From Octopus sinensis (Eukaryota): a stretch of 64,000 nt of DNA. The stretch's first letter is position 1; each line of letters starts with the position of its first letter. The DNA lies in the NCBI RefSeq assembly GCF_006345805.1, contig NC_043020.1:11842001-11906000 (forward strand), written 5' to 3'. This document shows, piece after piece, positions 43,482 through 54,316 of this stretch. Under the pieces are notes generated by a model that saw nothing but the letters and a program-made list of their open reading frames with translations, ran no database searches and was not told the origin of the DNA. The position numbers and the translations under genes are program-made.

Positions 43482-44000
43482 TGTGTGTGTTTGTGTGTCT
43501 GTGTTTGTTCCTCTAGCATTGTTTGACAACCGATGCTGGTGTGTTTACGTCCCCGTAACTTAGCGGTTCGGCAAAAGAGACCGATAGAATAAGTACTGGG
43601 CTTACAAAGAATAAGTCCCGGGGTCGATTTGCTCGACTAAAAAAAGGCGGTGCTGCAGCATGGCCGCAGTCAAATGACTGAAACAAGTAAAAGAGTAAAA
43701 GAGAGTAAAGAGTGTGGATAGCAAGTGCAAGGCTTCGAAAACAGGACAACGATAATGCTCAGAGACCAGGGGGTCGGGGTGACACGGTGGAGACATCACG
43801 AAGAATGGTCCCTTTAGATGATGGAAGAAGCAGGTGCTCGAATTCGCGACAGGAAAACTGTGAAGTCACGTCCAGAGAGTCCAAGGCAGGTTGGTCTGAA
43901 GACATTGCGACCGAAACAATCGAAGCAGGGGACGACAAAGAACACACTGGGAGGCGAGACAGGGCGTCTGCAGGAATGTTGTCTGTGCCCCTACATTATA
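41990..44000 (-). mobile_element. Ty3/Gypsy pol fragment (RNase H end + integrase), interrupted by two SINEs
   Basis: DNIPADALSRLP, an HHCC-type region (GIAATVKLIS...FWPNMRRSITVWSRACLRC), QHIHIDIVGP, and [15 protein letters not shown] integrase core. No LTR recognised. Confidence 0.92.
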
Positions 44001-44343
44001 CTATTCGTCATAACAGTTTGTTTTTTTCCGGCTAAATTTGTTGCTAATTTCGGAACCAATAAATCCCAGAAAGGCATTCACGGGTAATGGTCCAGAAATG
44101 ATCAACACTTTTACTCTCTTTTACTCTTTTACTTGTTTCAGTCATTTGACTGCGGTCATGCTGGAGCACCGCCTTTTGGTCGAGCAAATCGACCCCGGGA
44201 CTTATTCTTTGTAAGCCCAGTACTTAATCTATCGGTCTCTTTTGCCGAACCGCTAAGTGACGGGGACGTAAACACACCAGCATCGGTTGTCAAGCAATGC
44301 TAGAAGAACAAACACAGACACACAAACACACACACGCATATAT

Positions 44344-44412
<69 letters not shown>

Positions 44413-44578
44413 TATACGACGGGCTTCTTTTCAGTTTCCGTCTACCAAATCCACTCACAAGGGATTGGTCGGCCTGAGGCTATAGTAGAAAACACTTGCC
44501 CAAGGTGCCGCGCAGTGGGGCTGAACCCGGAACCATGTGGTTGGTAAACAAGCTACTTACCACACAGCCACTCCTGCG

Positions 44579-44620
<42 letters not shown>

Positions 44621-44938
44621 TCGACAGGCTTTTTTCAGTTTCCGTCTACCAAATCCACTCACAAGGGATTGGTCGGCCCGGGGCTATAGCAGAAGACACA
44701 TGCCCAAGATGCCACGCAGTGGGACTGAACCCGGAACCATGTGGTTGGTAAGCAAGCTACTTACCACACAGCCACTCCTGCGCCTTGTCAAATCGGTGAA
44801 AGTTGCATGGTTTCTTTGATGACATCGCATCCTACTGAGAAAATCAACATTACTACTATGACCGTCAGAAAATAAATTCTTAATGCCCCTTTTTTTCCTT
44901 CTTAGGGGTTTCCTTATCCTGTTTCGACTTTCGGCCAT
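43996..44938 (-). pseudogene. Decayed variable exon E, split by SINEs and truncated at a Gypsy fragment
   Basis: ATG at 44938 (MAESRN). Frameshifted LRIYFLTVIVVMLIFSVGCD, a deletion, then VIKETMQLSPI* with TGA where paralogs mostly have Trp. SINEs at about 44111-44783. The exon resumes as QVLIISGPLPVNAFLGFIGSEISNKFSRKK at about 44110-44020. The 3' end and donor are missing. Confidence 0.8.
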
Positions 44939-45119
44939 ATCCGATCGAAATAAAAAAAAAAAGGTGTTTACTGCCCGAAAACAAAATGTAGTAAGAAAAT
45001 TACGTAAACTCAAATCCGATAAAATATTCAAAAGAAGACCAAAGGCAAAGATATATGACGAATCTTATAATTACTGGTAGTAATATACAATTGTGCGATT
45101 ATGGAAATGGAAGCACTCC

Positions 45120-45374
45120 ATTCCGGTACATGTCAGAAATCTATCAGGATGCAGTGTGGAATCATTCAAATTGCAGCTGGATAGATACTTAAGCACCATT
45201 AGAGATGAACCCCATCTCCCAGGATATACACAACGAGCACAAACTGACTCAAACTCGCTCCTACACATGTCAAAATTAAACAGAGAATACAACCTGGCAA
45301 CCACACCAGACTCTGAGGGTGGAGTCTTCGATTTGGCTTGAGCATGGACTCAAACTCAAATGAAATGAAATGAA
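45120..45374 (+). mobile_element. 5'-truncated LINE (L2/CR1-group) 3' end with (TGAAA)n tail, nested in a SINE tail
   Basis: IPVHVRNLSGCSVESFKLQLDRYLSTIRDEPHLPGY...SNSLL. ACTCC flanks both sides. Confidence 0.7.
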
Positions 45375-46354
45375 ACTCCGTCGGTTACGACGACGAGGGT
45401 TCCGGTTGATCCGAATCAACGGAACAGCCTGCTCGTGAAATTAACGTGTAAGTGGCTGAGCACTCCACAGACACGTGCACACTTAACGTAGTTCTCGGGG
45501 ATATTCAGCGTGACACAGAGAGTGACAAGGCCGGCCCTTTGAAATACAGGTACAACAGAAACAGGAAGAAAGAGTAAGAGGAAGTTGTGGTGAAAGAGTA
45601 CAGCAGGGATCACCACCATCCCCTGCCGGAGCCTCGTGGAACTTTTAGGTGTTTTCTCTCAATAAACACTCACAACGCCCGGTCTGGGAATCGAAAGCGC
45701 GATCCTATGACCGCGAGTCCGCTGCCCTAACCACTGGGCCATTGCGCCTCCACTGTGCGATTATAAAACACGTTTGACGCGTGTCGTTGTGTTTGACTGC
45801 TGAAATATAAGCATGAGGTGTATTATTTTCTTTATGATGTGGTTCAACAGCATAGTGTAATTATTAAACAAATTGCTGTCTGGAGTACTTTCAAATAAAA
45901 CTGGCTTTGAATAACATGCTGTAATCCCAACTACAGAAATGTCTTCACAAAAATCCAGATTTATAAAGAATGAATTGGTGCATATCTACGTAGTGACTGG
46001 ATCTGCTAAAAACAACAGCTGAACGTCACTCAAATCTGTTTACCTTTTGAAGCAAAGGAAAGACCGATTGAAAAATGTAGTTGTTGTCGTAGATAAAAGG
46101 CGGGATAATCGTGGCCGGTGTGCCGATGTGCCGGTGTGCCGGTGTGCCGATGTGCCGGTGTGTCGGTGTGCCGGTGTGCCGGTGTGCCGGTGTGCCGATG
46201 TACACCTAAGCAGCATTAATAGTTATATTTCCTAGGAATAGTAAACGGTCACAAATCATAGATGAGAAAAAAAGTATCTTTTCTTTTGGTTCACTCTTTT
46301 CACTTCCTTTAATTTTGTTCCAATTGATTTCAAATCTGGTGTATTGATGTAGTG

Positions 46355-46730
46355 TGGAGGCGCAATGGCCCAGTGGTTAGGGCAGCGGATTCGCGGTCGT
46401 AGGATCGCGGTTTCGATTCCCAGATGTTGTGTGTGTTTATTGAGCGAAAACACCTAAAGCTTCACGAGGCTCCTGCAGGGGGTGGTGGTGAACCCTGCTG
46501 TACTCTTTCACCACAACTTTCTCTCACTCTTTCTTCCTGTTTCTGTTGTACCTGTATTTCAAAGGGCCAGCCTTGTCACACTCTGTGTCACGCTGAATCT
46601 CCTCGAGAACTACGTTAAGGGTACACTTGTCTGTGGAGTGCTCAGCCACTTACACGTTAATTCCACGAGCAAGCTGTTCCGTTGATCGTATCAGCTGGGA
46701 CCCTCATCGTCGTAACCGACGGAGTGCTCC
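46355..46730 (+). mobile_element. tRNA-derived SINE family B with 12-bp TSD (TATTGATGTAGT). Other copies at about 6790-7031, 23563-23944, 26180-26503, 28784-29166, 31480-31803, 42681-43049, 45103-45753, 49150-49533, 52774-53145
   Basis: Head TGGAGGCGCAATGGCCCAGTGGTTAGGGCAGCGG...GGTTTCGATTCC. The copy at 42681 has an 11-bp TSD GGACCAACAAT. Confidence 0.9.
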
Positions 46731-47099
46731 TATATTGATGTAGTTTTGTATGCTAATTATGGAAATAAAAGTAATTTTTGTCATAAATTAAATAAAAGGC
46801 TAATATCTTTGTAAGTTTGTGAATTTTGGGTAATTTTAGCCAATCGAAAGTTTCAGATATATTTATGCCTGTTTCCGTGGTAAGAATCCAAGGTATAATC
46901 TGCTATGGAAAGATTGTGGAGACAAACAAAACAGTCTTAGAAGTAAAAGACTGTGTCTGTGCACATATTTCGTGCATAAAATTCTGGTTGTATTTCACAA
47001 TTTAATAATTAAATGCATATGGAAAGTAGTGGGAAAAAAATTGGTGGGAAAACCTGATGACAAAGTGGGATCAAGAATAAAAATATTGTTTCCTCTTAC

Positions 47100-47484
47100 C
47101 GAATCCAAAACCAATCAGACATCGCCCAAACAGCAGCATATATTTGTTGACGGCACTTCCTGAAATAATCGCTCCAGCTAAAAAGGAAATACTACTCGCC
47201 ATAACAGTTTTCCTTCGGCCAATTTTGTTGCTAATATGAGATCCAACAACGCACACAATTGCAGCCACGGGTAAGGGTCCAGAAATAATAAGCACTTGCC
47301 AAATCGATGAAAGTTCCATGGTTTCTTTGACGAGAAGCATAGCGCCTGACGTTGCACCAAAATCACATCCTACTGAGAAAACCGACATTTCTACCAGGAC
47401 CGTCAGAAAATACAGTCTTAACGACACTTTCCTCTCCTCAAGCGTTTCCTTACTACATGCGTATTTGCTTCGACTTCCAGCCAT
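47100..47484 (-). CDS. SLC2A13-like: Variable first coding exon F (intact, 385 nt = 128 codons + 1)
   Basis: MAGSRSK...FSVGCDFGATSGAMLLVKETMELSSIWQVLII...NKIGRRKTV...GRCLIGFGFG, GTAAGAGG donor at 47099. Confidence 0.88.
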
Positions 47485-47984
47485 TTCCGATCAATATGAA
47501 AGTGGGTCTAATACTGCAATAATCGCACAGACTTGCTTACTGACTGAAATACTTTCAGATAAAGCTGGCTTATAAGAGCCAACACGCGACCTCGAGTTAC
47601 GAGAATGCGACATCAGATTTCATACAAATCAACACCACGGTTTTAAAATTCATTAACAATTAAAAAAAAAAGAAAAGATAAAGAAAAAAAACGTTAACAT
47701 GGTATTTATTCGAATCGCATTTATGGACTTCAATCTCATTCGAATTGCATTTATGAACTTCAATCTCATTCAAATCACGAACTAGTATCTTAGATTAGCA
47801 TTTTGTTTTTCAGGAAATAATCTAGCAGTGAGTCGAACCAGCAGACTTGTGAGTAAAAGCAATCCACCCATGTTATAAAGAATTTAGCAAAAAACCTAAA
47901 GTTAACATTAAGGATGTTTTTGTTAAAATGTTATTTTATGAAAATGCATTTAATAAATTCTAGAAAAGAAATAGTGGTTGTAGA

Positions 47985-48316
47985 ATTTGAGATCAAGAAT
48001 AAAAATATTTTTTTCTACTCGAGGCACAAGCCCTGAAATTTTTGAGTAGGGATCAAGTTGATTAGATCGACCCCAGTACGCAACTGCTATTTAATTTATC
48101 GACCCCGAAAGGATGAAAGGCAAAGTCGACCTCGCCGGAATTTGAACTCACAACGTAACGACAGACCGCTAAGCATTTCACCCAGCGTGCTAACGTTTCT
48201 GCCAGCTCGCCGCCTTAACGAAGATTTTATATAAACTTTAACGACGTTTTTCCCTCTGCAATTGTTTCCTTATCCTGTTTAACATTATTTGTATCTCTCT
48301 TTTGACGCTCGGCCAT
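47985..48316 (-). pseudogene. Remnant variable exon F': start of the exon, then a SINE replacing the body, then post-donor intron sequence
   Basis: tcgaaaATG GCC GAG... reads MAERQKRDTNNVKQDKETIAEGKTSLKFI*, homologous to the N-tails of B and D. SINE at about 48020-48217. Then AATATTTTTATTCTTGATC, which matches the intron sequence just after the donor in B, C, D and F. Confidence 0.7.
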
Positions 48317-48398
48317 TTTCGATCAAATAAAAGCGGCTCCACTATCGCAAATTCTCAGATTCACTGACTGAAATACTTTCAAATAATGCTGGTTTTAT

Positions 48399-49024
48399 GG
48401 ATCTTTTCGGTTTGAACGACAGTTTTTTTTAGCGTTTTCATATGAAATTGTCACCCATAATTATGACCCTAGTATCGATCTATTGCATTTCAATCGGTTT
48501 TATGGTTAGGGTTAGGGGTGGGGGAAAAGATATCTTTTTTTATTCACAAATATAAATAAACCCAATACTTTCAAATAATGCTTGTTTTATGGATCTTTTC
48601 GGTTTGAACGACAGTTTTTTTTTTAGCGTTTTCATATGAAATTGTCACCCATAATTATGACCCTAGTACCGATCTATTGCATTTCAATCGGTTTTAGGAT
48701 TAGGGTTAGGGTTAGTTAGGGTTAAGGGTGGGGGAAAAGATATCTTTTTTTCTTCACAAATGTAAATAAACCCAATCTGTTTCTTAAACGCGGGACATAT
48801 TCATACGACACATAATGTTTTTTAACTCAATACACGCAATTGATTGGTTGAAATTGCAGAAATTGAAGAAAAAAACAACAAATATCTTACAAACTATAGA
48901 ATTTTCTCAATAAAACCAAGAGAAAAAGATGTTTTATAAACACATTCTACCAGTATACGAAGTTTAAATTTTTTTAGTTACCTAGAAATTATGTTAAAAA
49001 CTGCCGTTCAAACCGAAAAGATCC
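48399..49024. mobile_element. Same MITE family, 8-bp TSD (GGTTTTAT), with its left part duplicated
   Basis: TSD at 48391-48398 and 49025-49032. A second left TIR starts at 48591. Confidence 0.88.
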
Positions 49025-49032
49025 GGTTTTAT

Positions 49033-49090
49033 CCACCTTCAGAATATTTTAAAATATCTCTGTTTTGATTGTCAGCTGTTTCCGATCGAA
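49033..49090 (-). pseudogene. Possible relic of a further exon start (ATG mutated to ACA)
   Basis: TTCGATCGGAA-ACA GCT GAC AAT CAA AAC AGA GAT aligns to TTCGATCGGAT-ATG GCC AAA AAT CGA AAC AAA GGC of exon B. The match is short. Confidence 0.4.
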
Positions 49091-49732
49091 TTAAAAGAAA
49101 AGTATACGGGAAAATATATTACTAGTGGCAGTGATATATAACTGTGGATGGAAGCACTCCGTCGGTTACGACGATGAGGGTTCCGGTTGATCCGAATCAA
49201 CGGAACAGCCTGCTCGTGAAATTAACGTGTAAGTGGCTGAGCACTCCACAGATACGTGTACCCTTAACGTAGTTCTCGGGGATATTCAGCGTGACACAGA
49301 GAGTGACAAGGCCGGCCCCCTGAAATACAGGTACAACAGAAACAGGAAGTAAGAGTGAGAGAAAGTCGTGGTGAAAGAGTACAGCAGGGATCACCACCAT
49401 CCCCTGCCGGAGCCTCGTGGAGCTTTTAGGTGTTTTCGCTCAATAAACACTCACAACGCCCGGTCTGGGAATCGAAACCGCGATCCTACGACCGCGAGTC
49501 CGCTGCCCTAACCACTGGGCCATTGCGCCTCCACTCTTATATATATATATACATATACTAAAATACCGTTACCCGTTGGGTCACTGACAGTTCAGGTTAT
49601 AAAACACTGAAGCTGATTTCAACATGGCATTGAAATTGGAAGTTAATTTTATGATACTTCAGTTATATATTTCAATTCGTTCGTGTCATCATAAGTCTGG
49701 CTTACAAGTTCATGTTTAAAGTTTTATTGATT

Positions 49733-50135
49733 ACTAGCAGTATCGCCCGGCGTTGCTCGGGTTTGTAAGGGAAATAACTATAAAGCATTTTTAGAGAGTT
49801 ATAGCCAAAAAATAGCAAAAAAAAAATGCATAAAAAATGGAAAAAAAATGATGGTAAATTTCTTAAAAAATCGTTGGCTCATCGTAGACATTTTTAGAGA
49901 GTTACTTCCCTTTATATAATAGCGAAAAAAACGCATTAAATGGAAAAAAATGATGGTAACTTTTTTTTAAAATCGTAGACTCATCGTAGACGCGCGCTAA
50001 TACCCAGAAGGGCTCGATATGAATCCCGACTATAAGATACCCGGTTTTGGTTAAACTGCACCGCAAAATGTGGGAGTAGTTAGGAATCTAAATCGTAGGA
50101 GACAGACACACAACTTCTCTTTTATATATAAAGAT
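49733..50135 (+). mobile_element. HINE-like element
   Basis: TT|ACTAGCAGTATCGCCCGG ... TATATAAAGAT. Confidence 0.7.
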
Positions 50136-51733
50136 TTGCTGCATCTAATAGAAATAGAGCCTCCGCGATAAACTTGAACTCCAATAACAGCATTTATTTA
50201 TAACATATGTGTACACTTCTACAAAAGTGCAAAAGGAATTATTATATAGCGTAAACATAAAATTAATGGAAACAATTTTTCCATTTCAGGGTTATGATAT
50301 TTTCGGAGTTTTTTTCCCATAGGAGGGGCCTTTTTGGTAAAAAAAATATTAAAAAATTGTTAATATTTTTAGAGGAAAAAGTGAGTGATTTAAAGGAGAT
50401 TTGGCAGTAGTTTCTAGCACATTACAAGACAACCCTTCTCGTTTCTTTATCACTTTCGAATGTATTTTTCCGAAACTTCTCTCTCCATCCCTTCGAGAAA
50501 AAAATTCTCCACAAATTTTGTTATAATCGTAATCTATGCCGTTTGAAAGGTATTTGTATAAAATTTTATTAAAAGAAATTCATTTTCCTGAAAGTTATGA
50601 GGGAAAAAGTCGGATCGTGTGAATTTTCCGAAACTTTTTTCCCTAAACCCTCGGGAAAATACTATCCCATAAATCCCTATATGCTCTGAATCCACAACAT
50701 CTAAGCGGTATTTGTTGAAAATTCCGTCAAAAAGTATTCATTTTTCTGGAAGTTATGAGGCAAAAAGTCGGTGGGGGTACACATTTGTAGTTATGGAAAC
50801 AAAACTATCCAGTGTTCACAGTGAAGGGCAATAATTCCAGGTTTTACTGCTTAAATTTGTGGAAACAAACTCCCACAAAATAACCTAAAAAAATGCATAC
50901 TTGGGAATCCGCGGTCTGATATACGCAAAACTTGTTTCATTCCGTTTGTATTCTTAATTCAGAGTATTTTCCCATTGTGTGTGTGTGTGTTGTGTGTGTG
51001 TGTGTGAGTTGTGTGTGTGTGTGAGTTGTGTGTGTACGTTGTGTGTGTGCGTTGTGTGTGTGAGTTGTGTGTGTGCGTTGTGTGTGTGTGTTGTGTGTGT
51101 GTGTGTGTTGTGTGTACGTGTGTGTTATGTGTGTGTTTGTCTTTATGTTTTTGTTTGTCCCCCACCATTTGATAACTGGTATTAGTGTGTTTAAGGCGGC
51201 GAGCTGGCAGAAACGTTAGCACGCCGGGCGAAATGCATAGCCGTATTTCGTCTGCCGTTCGCCGAGGTCGACTCTGCCTTTCATCCTTTCGGGGTCGATT
51301 AAATAAGTACCAGTTACGCACTGGGGTCGATATAATCAATCGACTTAATCTCCTTGTTTGTCCTCTCTGTGTTTAGCCCCTTGTGGGTAGTAAAGAAATA
51401 GGTATTAGTGTGTTTACGTCCCCGTAAGTTAACGATTCGGCAAAACAGATTGGTAGAATAAGTACCAGGCTTTAAAAAAGTAAGTACTGGTGGAGTCATG
51501 CGACTAGAAATTCTTCAAGGCATGGCCGTAGTCTGAGGACAGATACAAGTGAAAGAAAAGACAGAAGATACGCACCCGTAACCGGCGCATGAAGTTCCAT
51601 TAGTGGTCCAAAATATAATTGTCAATGCATATAGAAAAAAATTACGAAAAGAAAGTAAATAAATAAAATAATAAGTAGCGCGAGAACCCAATTCCAAAAT
51701 GGTACCAAGAATAATAATTTCGTTTCCTCTTAC

Positions 51734-52127
51734 CACATCCGAAACCCACCAGCAATCGTCCAAACAGAAGCATATACTTGTTCAGTGCACTTCCCGAAAT
51801 AACAGCGCCGGCAAAAAACGAAACACTACTCGCCATGCTAGTTTTTCTTCGGCCAAATATGTTACTAATCTCAGAACCAATGATGGACAAGATGGCAGCC
51901 CCTACACTGGGCATAGCAATGAACAGCTGTTGCCATGTGGCTGGAAGATGCATGGCGTCTTTGACGAGAAGTATAGCGCCTGACGAAGCGCCCAAATCCC
52001 ATCCAAATGACAAAATAGACATGTGTGCCATGATCGTTAGAATATAGAGATTCAAGAAGCTTTTTTCTTTTTTGGGAAACACTTTGTCCAATTTTTCAAA
52101 TCTATATTTGTTTGGATTTTCGGTCAT
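51734..52127 (-). CDS. SLC2A13-like: Variable first coding exon G (intact, 394 nt; most divergent)
   Basis: MTENPNK...LSFGWDLGASSGAILLVKDAMHLPATWQQLFI...NIFGRRKTS...GRLLVGFGCG, GTAAGAGG donor at 51733. Confidence 0.88.
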
Positions 52128-53568
52128 TTTCGATCAGGAGCAGAATAAATGCCTTTTTTACTGTCAGTGTACAAAGGAACAAATGAAAGTTATGGAAACC
52201 CTAAATTATTTTCGTATTCAAGAGTAGACCTGGGAGATAAAAATCTGTTACGTATTTTGCCATGTAAAAATGGTTTCGAATTTTAGCACAAAGCCAGCAA
52301 TTACCACGTAATAATAAAAGAAGCGTGTTTTATGTGTGCGCGTGTGTATGTGTGTGTTTGTATGGGTGGGCGGGCGTAGTGGAGTCGTTTTTGCTGCGAT
52401 CGCATAGACAGTATTTCCCAGCTGTTTTCAGATAAAGCTGGTTTATCTCTAAGTAGCTGGTTTATCTGAAAGCCAACCGCAGAAGCCACTAGGTGGTCAA
52501 TCGAACTACAAGAAATAGCAGCCAGGCTCGATCAAATTGCAATCTAATGTTTTAAATAAAGGATGGACACATTGTAAAATCTTGTCTTTGATAGAGAAAC
52601 ATATATGATAGCCATTGCTGGAACGCCTTTGAAGTCTGTTCAATGAAGGGCGACATCAGTAACCATACACTTTTGTGGTTGGGGGTCTGGTTAACAAATG
52701 AATGTAAGGGAAATTGAAATTAAAATTAGGACAAAAAAGAAAATCAAATTTTGTTTTATTTCAATAATTAATCGGCCCAGTGGTTAGGGCAGCGGACTCG
52801 CGGTCGTAGGATTGCGGTTTTGATTCCCAGACCGGGCGTTGTGAGTGTTTATTGAGCGAAAACACCTAAAGCTCCACGAGGCTCCGGCAGGGGATGGTGG
52901 TGATCCCTGCTGTACGCTTTCACCACAACTTTCTCTCACTCTTACTTCCTGTTTCTGTTGTACCTGTATTTCAAAGGGCCGGCCTTGTCACTCTCTGTGT
53001 CACGCTGAATATCCCCGAGAACTACGTTAAGGGTACACGTGTCTGTGGAGTGCTCAGCCACTTACACGTTAATTTCACGAGAAGGCTGTTCCGTTGATTC
53101 GGATCAACCGGAACCCTCATCGTCGTAACCGACGGAGTGCTTCCAATCGGCGATTAACCTGAGCCAGCAAAACTATCACCGGACACCTTTTACCTTATCA
53201 TCCTCCAATTTTTCAGTTACTTATAACATTACCTTGATTCGTTCTAAAAAAGCCCAAACAAAAAATGAAGCAAAAAACAAAAGATAGCTGGAGGAGACAT
53301 GTGAAATATCTGGGTTAAAAAAAAAAAACAGGATGGTCACGTTTGGAACGCTTAAAAATAGACGGGCATTCAGAAAGACGTTAGTTTTCGCACTGTCACA
53401 CATATATTTTGTTCATGGAATTCATGCAATGGTTCACAATATACACGAAGTTCTACAATGAAACAAATGAAAAACAAAATTCTACAATGATAAAAAACAA
53501 ACACAGCAAGTGTATAAAGACTTGGTGATAAATTAAGAACAAGAATAATCAAATTCTTTTCTGCTTAC

Positions 53569-53998
53569 CGAATCCGAAACCCACAATAAATCGTCCACAT
53601 AGAAGCATGTATTGGTTGACTGCACTCCCGGAAATAATAGATCCAATAATATACGAAACACTGCTCGCCATAATTGTTTTTCTTCGGCCAAATTTGTCGC
53701 TGATTTTGGTGGCAATAATTGAAATAATGACAGCCACAGGTAAAGGTCCAGCCATAATTAACTGTTGCCAAATGGTTGAAAGGTGCATGGCATCTTTAAC
53801 GATAAGTACAGCCCCTGAAGACGCCCCCAAATCATATCCGACACACAAAACCGATAACTGGGCTAGTGCTGAAAGAAGATAGATTATGAAGGAGGTTTTT
53901 CCCTCTGATCCTAATAATTTACCATTCAGGACATGTACATCCGCAGACGATTCTTTATCTGCATTTATACTTCTGCCTTTGATTCGATTTTCGGCCAT
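53569..53998 (-). CDS. SLC2A13-like: Variable first coding exon H (intact, 430 nt = 143 codons + 1)
   Basis: MAENRIK...LCVGYDLGASSGAVL...DKFGRRKTI...GRFIVGFGFG, GTAAGCAG donor at 53568. Confidence 0.88.
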
Positions 53999-54261
53999 TT
54001 TCGATCAAAATAAATTTTAGTTTACTGTCAGAATACAAGCTATAGAAATGAAAGTTATCTTAAACCAAAAATCGCTTAGTAATTGAGGGAAAAGAAATGG
54101 GGGGGAAATGCAGTTATCATGACCCCCTTTTCTCTCAATTTTTTTTTTACTCTTTCTTCGATCTTTTATCAGTCGCTCTCAATTTTTTTTTGTTGCCTAA
54201 TCTGACTATTACTATCACTCTTTTCCCTTTATCGCTTTCCTCTACTCACTCAGATCTCCCC

Positions 54262-54316
<55 letters not shown>

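Noticed and set aside
46355-46430. tRNA-like sequences at SINE heads
   Set aside because: A/B boxes are present but run straight into SINE bodies with TSDs; not called as tRNA genes.
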